From: Leptospirales bacterium
GTDB taxonomy: Bacteria > Spirochaetota > Leptospiria > Turneriellales > JAOUFE01
Assembly: GCA_040326155.1 (NCBI GenBank)
Contig: JBEQLE010000022.1
Location: 1-52,569, forward strand
Direction of reading: 5' to 3'
Length of the DNA: 52,569 nucleotides
The stretch's first letter is position 1, and each line of letters starts with the position of its first letter. The position numbers and the translations under genes are program-made. The notes below the pieces were generated by a model. That model did not search any database. It had not been told where the DNA came from and worked only from the letters and a program-made list of their open reading frames with translations. Positions 18,197-29,133 of this stretch are shown in pieces.

Positions 18197-20842
18197 ATGC
18201 CAATAAAAAATCGTTCCGGGAATAGCCCAAAATTGAATTTTATAAAAAAGTTTTTACTGTTTTTTACTCTAATATACGGGTCCGTTTTGGCTCTTATTTT
18301 ATTTTTTCAGTTTACTGAATTTAAAGAAAAGAGTGTTGTCATCGATACCCATATAAAAAATACCCTGGACTACGAAAAAAAAATAATCGAAGATACAATT
18401 GAGCACGGAGCCAATGATCTATTCGTACTCACCAAGCACAATGAACTTGCCCTATATCTGAACAAACGAGCGCCGAAACAAAAGAGAGCTCTGGAAAAAG
18501 AGTTTGCCGCGTTCTTGCTTCAAAAGCCAGCGTTCGACCAGATCAAATTGATCAACATGAAAGGCGACGAAGAGATAAGATTGAACAATTCACCCAACGG
18601 ACCCGAGTTAGTCGGACCAGATAAATTACAAAACAAAGCAACACGCAGTTATTTTTTGAATACCTTGAAATTAAAAAAAAATAAACTGTTCATATCTCGT
18701 TTTGAGTTGGGCATGGAAAACGGAGTTATTGAACAACCAGTTAAGCCTTTAATTCGACTTTCTACGCTGCTCTATGACGAATCGGGAAATCAAAAAGCAA
18801 TGCTTGTTTTAAATTATCACGGGGAAATTTTACTGGATAATATAAAGCAAGCCTTTGTAAATATACATGACCATTTATACTTAATCAACCAGGATGGGTA
18901 CTACATCATTGGACCGAACACCGCAAATGAGTGGAGTTTCATGTACAATGAAAAAGAAGCCGGATTTCACAAAGATTACCCTGAAATATGGCAGCTTATT
19001 CAAAATGAACAAAAAGGCAAAGTAAAAATAGACGCCGGTCATATTCACTATCAAACTATTTCTTTTTCACCTTCTCGCTTTAATGGTGGTACTTCACCAG
19101 GTATAAATGATAAAGATAGTATAGATCAGGGACAATACAAGTTAATTGTTTTACAAACCGACGATTCCTTTTTTGCCAATATCACCTGGCAAAAATATAT
19201 CTACTTATCTATACTGGCGATTGTTTTTGGTTTCCTCTCCTTTGCCCTCACAAAATACAGAATGGATAAAATTCAAACGCGTCTCGATCTTTTGAATCTT
19301 TCAAAAGCAATAGAAGCTGGCTCCAGTATGGTGATTAATACAGATTCTGAAGGGAATATTATTTTCGTAAATCCCCAATTTGCACGAATAACCGGGCATA
19401 AAATTGAAGATGTAATCGGAGAAAATATCAGAATTTTAAAAGGACAAGGAAAAACGGATGAAGAATACAAAGAGTTGTGGAATACAATTTCATCCGGAAA
19501 TATCTGGGAAGGAACTTTTCATAACAAAAAAAAGGATGGATCTTTATACTGGTCTTCCGCATCCATTTCTCCTGTTTACACCGAAGACAAAAAACTCTCA
19601 GGATTCGTATCCATCCAGGATGATATTACAAAACAGATCAATTTAAATAAAGAACTTAAAAAATCAAAAGAAAAAGCTGAAAAAGCAAATCGTATAAAGT
19701 CAGAATTCCTGTCGAATGTCAGCCATGAACTGCGCACACCGCTGAATTCAATTCTCGGTTTTTCACAACTCATGTTATTAGATAAAAAGAACATCGTCAA
19801 TGCTGCGCAGATACAAAACCTTCAATATATACAAAGTAGCGGAAAACATCTTCTCGACCTTATAAATGATGTACTTGATCTCTCTTCGATTGAAGCCGGA
19901 CGTCTGAACCTGAATATACAAAACGTTAATTTATGCGATGTAATAAAAGATGTTTTAAGTATGGTAAAATCCATACCCGGCGCTGACGCTTTAATCATAG
20001 AAAATTTGATCTTACCGGAAAAGCCAATTTTTGTATTGGCTGATTACACTAGAATTAAACAAGTTTTAATTAACCTGGCCTCGAATGCCATTAAATATAA
20101 TAAAGTCGGCGGAAAGGTCACTTTTAATTGCAATGTTAAAAAACATAGTGTCTTCGTATCGGTACAAGATACCGGCCATGGAATTCCAAAAAATAAAATT
20201 AAACATGTCTTTGAGCCATTTAACAGATTGGGCGCGCAAAATACGGGAGTGGAAGGTACTGGAATTGGTTTAACAATTACTAAAAATATTATCGAATCAA
20301 TGCAGGGGAAAATCAGTTTCAAATCCGTTGAAAACGAAGGAACGACTTTCATAGTTGAAATTCCCATCGCCTCCAAAAAAGACCATGCAGAAGAGCATAA
20401 AAAAGAAAAACCAATAATCGCCAAAAAGGAATCCGGAAAAAAACAAACCATCAAACGTAAAATACTTTATGTGGAGGATGACCCTGTAAATATCATTTTA
20501 ATGGAAAAAATAATTTCCCGCCTGCCGGGGTTCAGTTTAATAACAACTCACCTGGGCGAATTTGCCTTTGACCTTGTGACATCGGAAAATCCCGATGTAC
20601 TAATAACAGATATAAACCTGCCGGACATGAATGGAATTGAGCTGGCAAAGAAAATAAAGAAAATAAAACATAATCTGCCCATTATCGCTTTATCCGCCGA
20701 TGCCCCCGGACAAAGCAAAACATCTAAAGCCGATTTAAAACTTTTTTTCACCTATATGACAAAACCGTTTAATATTCCGGAATTTACAACAACCCTGGAA
20801 GACTCTATGAAAAAAGTTTCGAAGAAAAAACAAACTAAATAA
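18197..20842 (+). CDS. Hybrid sensor histidine kinase (Cache-like, PAS, HisKA, HATPase, REC)
   Basis: Two TMs around a periplasmic domain, PAS (VNPQF..ITG), SHELRTPLN, NAIKY, DTGHG, GTGIGL, C-terminal YVEDD..DINLPDMNG..KPF. Confidence 0.93.
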   Translation: MPIKNRSGNSPKLNFIKKFLLFFTLIYGSVLALILFFQFTEFKEKSVVIDTHIKNTLDYEKKIIEDTIEHGANDLFVLTKHNELALYLNKRAPKQKRALEKEFAAFLLQKPAFDQIKLINMKGDEEIRLNNSPNGPELVGPDKLQNKATRSYFLNTLKLKKNKLFISRFELGMENGVIEQPVKPLIRLSTLLYDESGNQKAMLVLNYHGEILLDNIKQAFVNIHDHLYLINQDGYYIIGPNTANEWSFMYNEKEAGFHKDYPEIWQLIQNEQKGKVKIDAGHIHYQTISFSPSRFNGGTSPGINDKDSIDQGQYKLIVLQTDDSFFANITWQKYIYLSILAIVFGFLSFALTKYRMDKIQTRLDLLNLSKAIEAGSSMVINTDSEGNIIFVNPQFARITGHKIEDVIGENIRILKGQGKTDEEYKELWNTISSGNIWEGTFHNKKKDGSLYWSSASISPVYTEDKKLSGFVSIQDDITKQINLNKELKKSKEKAEKANRIKSEFLSNVSHELRTPLNSILGFSQLMLLDKKNIVNAAQIQNLQYIQSSGKHLLDLINDVLDLSSIEAGRLNLNIQNVNLCDVIKDVLSMVKSIPGADALIIENLILPEKPIFVLADYTRIKQVLINLASNAIKYNKVGGKVTFNCNVKKHSVFVSVQDTGHGIPKNKIKHVFEPFNRLGAQNTGVEGTGIGLTITKNIIESMQGKISFKSVENEGTTFIVEIPIASKKDHAEEHKKEKPIIAKKESGKKQTIKRKILYVEDDPVNIILMEKIISRLPGFSLITTHLGEFAFDLVTSENPDVLITDINLPDMNGIELAKKIKKIKHNLPIIALSADAPGQSKTSKADLKLFFTYMTKPFNIPEFTTTLEDSMKKVSKKKQTK

Positions 20843-20929
20843 ACCATTGACGACAACATAGGTTTCTTTAAAGCTTCGATACAAGAGGTTCAATTGGGTT
20901 TGTAAATCAAAACTTTTGAAATTTATACT

Positions 20930-23023
20930 ATGCTACTTCACTATGATCGTATTCAACGTAGAATTTTACTTTCACTTACTTTACTGTTCTGTGTAGGTTA
21001 CAATCAAGCGCTTTTCGCGCAATCCAACAATACGATAGTTCAACTCGAAAACTGGCAATATCGCATTGGGGAATCACCCGAGAATGAAAATGGATTACCA
21101 ACATGGCTCACCGATGAGGAAACATCGGAAAATTGGCAGAGCTTTCAAGGCGCCGGTTCCATAGAAAAACCGAAAGATCGATCTGCGGTCTGGATACGCG
21201 CCAAAGTTCCCGCCGGCGATTTAACCGAAAGGTATATGCTGAATTATAACTTAATTCCCGATTTTGAAATTTATTTTGGCCAGACCCGCATTCAAAAAAT
21301 AGGAAACTTTGTACCGCAATTAATGGCCGGAAAGGACTTTACAGATTACATGCCCCGCCCCTTTGTTCGGCTGCCGACAAGCGACGATGCCGAATGGATC
21401 GTTATAAAATTCAACCAGATAGACTATTTCACCGCTCGCCCCATATATATTGGCAATCATGCCGACCTTTATATGAAGTTGATTGAGGGTGATCTGATAC
21501 GAATTGCAATTGGCATTTTTGCCATTTTGATCGGCCTTTTTCTATTGGTTTTAATGAGAGGAATTTCGAATAAAAACGCAATTATCTCTTTTATCATTTT
21601 TGCTATTTCAGCCGGAACATATTTGCTCATTGATAATTTTGCGGTGATGATATTCTCAAAATTTTCAAAACCACTATATATTGCACAGGGAATAGCTTTA
21701 TCTTTAGTACCCATAGGTGGTGCCCGTTTTATTGAAAATATTTTTGGGGCGGGCTATAAATCTATTATACGCCGTATCTGGCAAACTCACCTGATTTTCA
21801 CTCTGGTGTTCATCGTTCTATTACTATTTACAGGATTTAATTTCAATTTATGGACGACATATATTTCACCCGTATTTTTTATAATGCTGATTACCGGGTT
21901 TATTATTCAATTTGTTTTTGTTACACATCGAAGTACCAAAGGCGATACGGATGCAAAAATTTATGTTTATGGTATAATCATTTTTATACTGGCCGGTATT
22001 CATGATGCATTCATTGGACTGGGTTATCTTACATATTTTGTATTAATGTTACATTGGGGGGTTTTTATTTTTATACTCTCTTTAGGTTGGATCTTAAAAC
22101 GGCAATTTATAGAGTCGAAAAACAAACTGGAAGATTACAGTCAAAACCTTGAAAAAAAAGTAAAAGACCGTACAAAGCAACTGGATTCGAAAAACCGAAA
22201 ATTAGCCGATACTTTGCGGCAGGTAAAAACGATGCAAAAGCAAATTATTACACAGGAAAAACTGGCGTCATTGGGAACTTTGACGGCCGGTGTGGCCCAT
22301 GAAATTAAGAATCCATTAAACTTCATAAATAATTTTGCACAACTATCAGCAGACATGGTGAGAGACTTGAAAATAGACATTGAATCTCAAAAAAATAATA
22401 TCGATGTGAATGCGCGAAAAGAAATTCTGGAAACCTTAAAAAACCTCGAACAGTTTTCTAAAAAAACAAATGAACATGGGCAAAGAGCAAATAATATCGT
22501 AAATAACATGCTGCAACATTCCCGCAGTAAAACCGTAGAGTTTCAATCCATCGACATCAATAAATTACTGGAGGAATACCTTCAACTTTCATACCATGGA
22601 ATGCGTGCTGCAGATTCAACATTTATGGTAACCATTCATAAAGATTCAGGCAAGTTAAAAAAGGTTAAAATTGACCCTCAAAACATGAGTCGTGTATTTA
22701 TCAATTTGTTCAACAATGCATTTTATGCCGTGCAATCAAAACAGAAAGAAAATCTCAGCAATTATATTCCTGAAGTGCATATTTCTACAAAAGAGTTGCA
22801 AAAAACAATTGAAATTCGAGTCAAAGATAACGGAAACGGTATTCCAAAGTCAATTCTTGATAAAATTTTCACCCCATTCTTTACCACCAAACCGGCCGGC
22901 GTCGGCACCGGACTTGGTTTATCTATTACACATGAAATAATCGTACAGGAACATAAAGGGGAAATTTCAGTTAAGTCTAAAGAAGGAGAGTATGCTGAGT
23001 TTGTTATCCGCTTGCCAAAATAG
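20930..23023 (+). CDS. 7TM (7TMR-DISM-like) sensor histidine kinase
   Basis: Signal peptide, extracellular domain, ~7 TMs, AHEIKNPLNF, DNGNG, FFTTKPAGVGTGLGL. Confidence 0.9.
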   Translation: MLLHYDRIQRRILLSLTLLFCVGYNQALFAQSNNTIVQLENWQYRIGESPENENGLPTWLTDEETSENWQSFQGAGSIEKPKDRSAVWIRAKVPAGDLTERYMLNYNLIPDFEIYFGQTRIQKIGNFVPQLMAGKDFTDYMPRPFVRLPTSDDAEWIVIKFNQIDYFTARPIYIGNHADLYMKLIEGDLIRIAIGIFAILIGLFLLVLMRGISNKNAIISFIIFAISAGTYLLIDNFAVMIFSKFSKPLYIAQGIALSLVPIGGARFIENIFGAGYKSIIRRIWQTHLIFTLVFIVLLLFTGFNFNLWTTYISPVFFIMLITGFIIQFVFVTHRSTKGDTDAKIYVYGIIIFILAGIHDAFIGLGYLTYFVLMLHWGVFIFILSLGWILKRQFIESKNKLEDYSQNLEKKVKDRTKQLDSKNRKLADTLRQVKTMQKQIITQEKLASLGTLTAGVAHEIKNPLNFINNFAQLSADMVRDLKIDIESQKNNIDVNARKEILETLKNLEQFSKKTNEHGQRANNIVNNMLQHSRSKTVEFQSIDINKLLEEYLQLSYHGMRAADSTFMVTIHKDSGKLKKVKIDPQNMSRVFINLFNNAFYAVQSKQKENLSNYIPEVHISTKELQKTIEIRVKDNGNGIPKSILDKIFTPFFTTKPAGVGTGLGLSITHEIIVQEHKGEISVKSKEGEYAEFVIRLPK

Positions 23024-23055
23024 CGCAAGACAGCAAATATGTTATAAATATCGAA

Positions 23056-24477
23056 ATGATGAAACCTGATTCAACCAAGAAATTGCATTTTTTATATCTG
23101 GATGAAATCCGTATAAGAACGATCAAGCTGGGACGTATCACAGCAACTCTGGTTATATTAATGTTGTCTTATTATATATATGAGGATATTTACCATACTC
23201 AGTTATCAATGGCTTTTTCTTTGGTCTGGCGCGGAATGCCCATTGCTCTGGCTTTTATTTTTTTAACGATTACATTTACAATGTTAAGGAAGAAACAGCT
23301 CATAATACGAATTATTTATTTTTTTCTGCTACTATCCATGATGAATATGACCACGGCATTTGCTATTAAAACGGATTTTCACTATATTTTTATTCTCGGG
23401 TTAACTTTTAGTGTATTTGCATTGTTTGCCGCTTCAACGGAAGGGTTTATTTATTTAATACCAATATTTTCAATATCTTTAATATCATATATAGGTTATA
23501 TAGTTATAAATATCGGAAATTTGCCCGCCAATATTGTTTATTTATCCAACCCGATTTTTATGATGATTGTTGCTCTGTTCTTAGCCAGGGTGCGGGAAAA
23601 ATTGACATACAAGGCATTTATAGCGACCAACGCGGCTTTGCATGAAAAATCCAAAATTCAGACAGTGAACATTAATTTAAAAAAAATGCAAAAACAGATT
23701 ATTACACAAGAAAAACTGGCTTCGCTTGGCGCATTAACCGCAGGCGTTGCGCATGAAATAAAAAACCCGTTGAATTTCATTAATAACTTTGCTGACCTTT
23801 CCGGAGAGCTAATAACGGATTTAAAAAAATGTATTGAAATTGAAAAAGGAAAAATTGAAAAAAATATTCTTCTTGAAATGAAGGATAGCGTTAAAAATCT
23901 GGAAAATTTTACAGCTAAAATCCATAAGCATGGGCAAATTGCAAACGACATTGTAAACAACATGCTGCGACATTCTCGCAGTAAAACAGGAGAATATCAG
24001 TTAACCGATATTAATCAAATCATAGAAGAATACCTGGAACTTGCCTACCATGGAATAAAAGCGAAAGATTCAAATTTTGTAGTGGAAATTCGAAAGAATC
24101 TAAAAGCCAGAGGGAAAATAAATATCGATTCGCAAAGTATAAGCCGGGCAATCTTAAACATCATCAACAATGCGTTTTACAGCGTACAACAAAAGCAACA
24201 TGAAAAAATCGAGGGTTACGTACCGCAATTTTTCATATCCACAAAGACTTTAACTAAAACCGTAGAAATTAGAATAAAAGACAATGGCGCTGGTATTCCG
24301 GAAAGCACCCGGGATAAATTATTCACGCCTTTTTATACAACGAAACCAGCGGGAGTTGGTACTGGATTGGGTCTTTCTATCACCCATGATATCATCGTAC
24401 AGGCACATAAAGGGGAAATTTCGGTTAAATCTAAAGAAGGAGAGTATGCTGAGTTTGTTATTCGGATACCGCGCTGA
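23056..24477 (+). CDS. Membrane sensor histidine kinase (paralog 1)
   Basis: Multi-TM N-terminus, AHEIKNPLNF, DNGAG, GTGLGL. Confidence 0.92.
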   Translation: MMKPDSTKKLHFLYLDEIRIRTIKLGRITATLVILMLSYYIYEDIYHTQLSMAFSLVWRGMPIALAFIFLTITFTMLRKKQLIIRIIYFFLLLSMMNMTTAFAIKTDFHYIFILGLTFSVFALFAASTEGFIYLIPIFSISLISYIGYIVINIGNLPANIVYLSNPIFMMIVALFLARVREKLTYKAFIATNAALHEKSKIQTVNINLKKMQKQIITQEKLASLGALTAGVAHEIKNPLNFINNFADLSGELITDLKKCIEIEKGKIEKNILLEMKDSVKNLENFTAKIHKHGQIANDIVNNMLRHSRSKTGEYQLTDINQIIEEYLELAYHGIKAKDSNFVVEIRKNLKARGKINIDSQSISRAILNIINNAFYSVQQKQHEKIEGYVPQFFISTKTLTKTVEIRIKDNGAGIPESTRDKLFTPFYTTKPAGVGTGLGLSITHDIIVQAHKGEISVKSKEGEYAEFVIRIPR

Positions 24478-24703
24478 TGTTTTAGTCATGAAGTACCGTC
24501 ACTCCTGCTTCAGCTCAATTTTATAATGTACAGTTTCTTCTTTTAGAAATAAATCCACCATCGCTTATACTGGAAATTCTATATGGCACTCAAGCCACCC
24601 GAAATTTGTGATGCTAAAATACAATCAATAACCCTTCATAAAACGAATCTGATTTTGGTTGGTACGACAGTCTATGAATACATTGTTATTATTGGTCAGT
24701 TAA

Positions 24704-26131
24704 ATGAAAAATAAAACAAAAAAAGAAGATCTATGGCATGCGATATATCTTGACGAAGTCAGGGTAAGAACTATGCGACTAGGGCGCATCGCAGGCGGAC
24801 TGGTATTGTTTGTTCTCCCTTATTACATATACGAAGACATCTTTCAAACGCATATCCCCGTAGAATTTTCACTGTTTTGGCGGGGCCTGACGATCAGCCT
24901 TGCAATTATATTTATTTTTCTTACCTTGTCCAGGTTTCGACGAAATATTCGGATAATCAGGACAGTATATTTTTTATTTTTATCTGCTATAATGAGTATG
25001 GGTACAGCTTACGCTTTGCACACTAATTTACATTCCATTTTTTTAATTGGATTGATGTTTACAGTTTTTGGCGTCTTTGCATGTTCAACAGAAGGGTATA
25101 AATATTTAAGTTTTATTTTTGGCCCATCCGTTGCCGCTTTGTTTATATATATTATTCTTTATTTTAACAACTTACCTCAAAATGTAGTTTATTTATCCAA
25201 TCCAATACTTATGATGTTGGCGGCTCTTTTTTTAGCAAATGTTCGTGATAAATTATTTTTTAAAGCATTCAAGGCAACGCGAAATGCTCTTCGTGAGAAG
25301 ACTCGAATTGAAGCGGTAAATAAAGATTTGAAAGAGATGCAAAAACAAATTATTACGCAGGAAAAATTGGCTTCTCTTGGCGCTTTAACGGCGGGTGTCG
25401 CGCATGAAATAAAAAACCCGTTGAACTTCATTAATAACTTTGCCGACATATCCGGAGAATTAATAACAGATTTAAAAAAATGCATAGAAATTGAGAAAGG
25501 CAAAATTGATAAAAATGTCCTTCTTGAAATTAACGAGAATATTAAAAATCTGGCAACTTTTACGACCAAAATCAATAAGCATGGACAAATTGCCAACGAC
25601 ATTGTAAACAACATGCTGCGACATTCACGCGGTAAGGCCGGAGAATACCATTTAACGGATATTAATAAAATTATAGAAGAATACCTGGAACTTGCCTACC
25701 ATGGAATAAGAGCAAAAGATTCAAAATTTATCGTAAAAATTCGACAGAAATTAAAGGCCACGGGGAAAATAAACATTGATTCGCAAGGTATAAGCCGGGC
25801 TATCTTGAACATCATTAATAATGCATTTTATAGCGTTCAACAAAAACAGCATGCAGAAATCGTTGATTATGTACCCGAGGTTTTGGTATCCACAAAGACT
25901 TTAACTAAAACCGTAGAAATTAAAATAAAAGACAATGGCGGCGGTATTCCTGACAGCAGCCGGGATAAATTATTCACGCCTTTCTATACAACCAAACCAG
26001 CGGGAGTTGGTACGGGATTGGGCCTTTCTATTACGCATGATATTATCGTGCAGGAGCATAAAGGGAAAATTTCGGTTGAATCGAAAGAAGGAGAATATAC
26101 CGAATTTATTATAAGCCTGCCTAAGAAATAA
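24704..26131 (+). CDS. Membrane sensor histidine kinase (paralog 2)
   Basis: Full-length paralog of 23056-24477. Confidence 0.92.
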   Translation: MKNKTKKEDLWHAIYLDEVRVRTMRLGRIAGGLVLFVLPYYIYEDIFQTHIPVEFSLFWRGLTISLAIIFIFLTLSRFRRNIRIIRTVYFLFLSAIMSMGTAYALHTNLHSIFLIGLMFTVFGVFACSTEGYKYLSFIFGPSVAALFIYIILYFNNLPQNVVYLSNPILMMLAALFLANVRDKLFFKAFKATRNALREKTRIEAVNKDLKEMQKQIITQEKLASLGALTAGVAHEIKNPLNFINNFADISGELITDLKKCIEIEKGKIDKNVLLEINENIKNLATFTTKINKHGQIANDIVNNMLRHSRGKAGEYHLTDINKIIEEYLELAYHGIRAKDSKFIVKIRQKLKATGKINIDSQGISRAILNIINNAFYSVQQKQHAEIVDYVPEVLVSTKTLTKTVEIKIKDNGGGIPDSSRDKLFTPFYTTKPAGVGTGLGLSITHDIIVQEHKGKISVESKEGEYTEFIISLPKK

Positions 26132-26204
26132 TTTTTCCCACAAATAGCTCGACCAAGAAAACCGTATTTCATTGACAAACGGATGATTGTATTGATGTTA
26201 CCAT

Positions 26205-26588
26205 ATGTACAAAATCAAAGCGGATGTAAGTAAAAATAGAATTTATATAATTCTGAAAGGGGCGCTTACCAACGAAGAATTGAAAAAGGCCGCCGACTTG
26301 TTTATTCAAGAAGTTCAAAATCTTAAAGCGCCTGTAGATGCGATCAATGACATAAGCGAATTTTCTCCGGGAGCCGATACGGATTTAAGCGATATCAAAC
26401 GTGCGCAACTTTATCTTGCTGAATATGGACTGCGCAAAGCCATTCGCGTTGTGCGTGACAAAATGGATGGAGCCATCCCTTTTGTTTCCGGCGGGGTAGA
26501 GGCAGGGTATCATGCCGGTCTGGCATTTTCTGTCGAAGAAGCGGAAAAAATGCTGGATGAAAATATGCCACAAAATAATGCCGACTGA
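26205..26588 (+). CDS. Hypothetical protein, possibly STAS/SpoIIAA-like
   Basis: 127-aa ORF; KNRIYIILKG...INDISEF...FSVEEAEKML pattern. Confidence 0.7.
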   Translation: MYKIKADVSKNRIYIILKGALTNEELKKAADLFIQEVQNLKAPVDAINDISEFSPGADTDLSDIKRAQLYLAEYGLRKAIRVVRDKMDGAIPFVSGGVEAGYHAGLAFSVEEAEKMLDENMPQNNAD

Positions 26589-26960
26589 GAATCTATTTTT
26601 CATACTTATACTTTCATTAGCAATAACAACCGTTACTTGCTATATCGACGACCGGAAGATAGTATAAGATGAAGAAAAAAACAACAACATGTATGGTGAG
26701 AACAGCTTGCTTCGCCTTTCGAAGATCTTAACCGAATTTTTCAAGATTCGTATGAGATTAAGGTCATAAACATAGCTCTGGTGAAACGGACAACGGAAGC
26801 ATCCAACAAGTCTTATAATTTCTTTTCGCCTGTACTTTTACTACTTTACACGGCTTAAGGAGTCTAAATTATATACTTAATATTGTTATCTTTTTTTGAA
26901 GACTCAGAGATAGTGAACGTAAAGAAAAACGTGATTTAAAGGAAATTGGTGCCATACAGT

Positions 26961-29081
26961 ATGCTAAATAAAAACAACCGAACAAAAAATTACTTGAAAT
27001 TTCTCCTGGCGTCAATTTCCTTTTCTATTATTTATCTTTTGGTTTTAGGTATATTTCGCGCGGTTTTTTATATTGGCTACGCACCCGAAGGCCTTAATGA
27101 CAATTATTTCTCAGATGTATTAAGTGCCTTTTTCCTGGGCTTTCGTTTTGACCTGCAAATAGTATCTTACTTGCTGATTATTCCTGTAATGGTTTATATA
27201 ATATTATTTTTGTTTTTGAAAAAATATTCAGGTAAGCAGACAGAAGCTATTGCAGACCAAAGACCACGCAGATTCTTTTCTATTTACTATACTGTATCGA
27301 CCATTTTGTTGACTTTTATTTCATTGGTCGACTATTATTACTACGCCTATTTTCAAGACCACATCGACTTTATGTTTTTTGGGCTTTTTGATGACGACAC
27401 GATGGAGCTGGTAATTATATTTTGGAAAAATTATCCCTTGATACAAATTACTCTGGCATTTATTCTCATTACATTTCTTGTATACAAGGCAACCGTATTT
27501 ATTCTGAAACAATTATGGATAGAGAAACTGGCATCTAAAATTGTTGCCAGGGTTTCTTCACGTATCGTCTGGTCACTGGTTCCCATTTTGATTATTTTTT
27601 TACTGGCAAGAGGAACTTTTTCCCTTTTTCCGCTTACCATCACCAAAGCGAGTATTTCTACAAATCAATTTGTGAATAAAATTGCAGTCAATGGAGTACT
27701 GGCATTTCATCGTGCTTATATGGAATACAGCGGACAGAAAAAATATGCTTCTCGAAAAAGTTATTCGGAACGTTATGGGTTTAAAAAAAATATTGATGAA
27801 GCTTTAAAAATTTGGGGGGGCACCAAAAAGGCGCCGGAAGGAAAAACCTTACTCGACAAGATTACGCGGCGAACCCCACGCCAGAACACAGGAAAGCCTC
27901 ATGTTGTTCTGGTAATTATGGAAAGTTTTGGTAGTTACTGGTTACAATACAACAGTTCCGATTTTAACATAATGGGAGAATTAGCAGAACATTTGAATTC
28001 AGATTACTACTTTCCAAATTTTACATCAGCTACGGGAAATACGATAGGCAGTACAACTGCCCTGATAACGAATTCCCCAGGGGTTCCAGGAGTCTATTTT
28101 TTATCGGAAGGAAAATATTCTAAACTGTCTTTGAGTTTTGCAGCAGCACTCCCCTTCAAGAAAGCCGGTTATACAACACGTTTTCTATATTCAGGCTCCG
28201 CTGGTTGGAGAAATATGAACGATTATTATGTTCGTCAGGGGTTTGACTCGATTGAATCAGAAAATACCATTCGGGGAAAACTCAACAAACCCGCAGGTAC
28301 TCAAGTCGGAAATGAGTGGAGTGTGAAGCTATACGATGAATACTTATTCGAATATCTATTCAAAGAATTATCAGAGGCAAAAAGTCCCCAGTTTATAGTA
28401 ATCCTGACCACTACGAACCATCCACCTTACGATTTGCCTGACACCTATCAGCCTTTGTCGCTTAAAATACCACCTACACTTAAAGAAAATCTTATTGGCA
28501 ATAAAAAACTATTGGATCAAAGGTTTATGGCTTTTCAATATTCAAACCACCAGGTCGGCAAATTCCTTACTAAAATAAAAAACTCTTCTTTAAAAAATAA
28601 AACAGTGATCGCTATAACCGGTGACCATGGATTTCGGGCAGTAAACTTTGAAACAGATCAAAGTTTTCAAAAATTTATGGTTCCCTTGTATATATATACA
28701 CCTGAGCATATAGTGCCAAAATATTATGCTTCTGATACTTTTGGAAGCCATATTGATATAATTCCAACTCTATACAATTTGACCCTGTCTAATGTCACCT
28801 ACCAGTCTCTAGGATTTGATCTATTTGCACGGAGTGGTGGGCATCGTTCCATTTATATGAGCCAGATCTACTCAAGCGAAGGCGCGGTCAGGTTAAGAGG
28901 GAAAGGAAGAAAGTATTTCAACTGGGATTTTAAAATTCCCGGAAAGTTTGATATTTTGAAACCTACCAAAAAACCTACACGGGGATTAAAAAAAATCGAA
29001 AATGAATTTCATGCAACAATGATGATTACCGAAGCCTTACTTGAAGAGCAGTTGAAAAACAGTGAAATGACTAAGCGATAA
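26961..29081 (+). CDS. LTA synthase family / sulfatase membrane protein
   Basis: N-terminal TMs with GFRFD, HVVLVIMESF, TTTNHPPY, ITGDHG, SHIDIIPTL. Confidence 0.92.
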   Translation: MLNKNNRTKNYLKFLLASISFSIIYLLVLGIFRAVFYIGYAPEGLNDNYFSDVLSAFFLGFRFDLQIVSYLLIIPVMVYIILFLFLKKYSGKQTEAIADQRPRRFFSIYYTVSTILLTFISLVDYYYYAYFQDHIDFMFFGLFDDDTMELVIIFWKNYPLIQITLAFILITFLVYKATVFILKQLWIEKLASKIVARVSSRIVWSLVPILIIFLLARGTFSLFPLTITKASISTNQFVNKIAVNGVLAFHRAYMEYSGQKKYASRKSYSERYGFKKNIDEALKIWGGTKKAPEGKTLLDKITRRTPRQNTGKPHVVLVIMESFGSYWLQYNSSDFNIMGELAEHLNSDYYFPNFTSATGNTIGSTTALITNSPGVPGVYFLSEGKYSKLSLSFAAALPFKKAGYTTRFLYSGSAGWRNMNDYYVRQGFDSIESENTIRGKLNKPAGTQVGNEWSVKLYDEYLFEYLFKELSEAKSPQFIVILTTTNHPPYDLPDTYQPLSLKIPPTLKENLIGNKKLLDQRFMAFQYSNHQVGKFLTKIKNSSLKNKTVIAITGDHGFRAVNFETDQSFQKFMVPLYIYTPEHIVPKYYASDTFGSHIDIIPTLYNLTLSNVTYQSLGFDLFARSGGHRSIYMSQIYSSEGAVRLRGKGRKYFNWDFKIPGKFDILKPTKKPTRGLKKIENEFHATMMITEALLEEQLKNSEMTKR

Positions 29082-29133
29082 GCTAATGTAACATCTATCC
29101 AGTCACAGCACTAGTCAAAATTCTTGCATCGGT

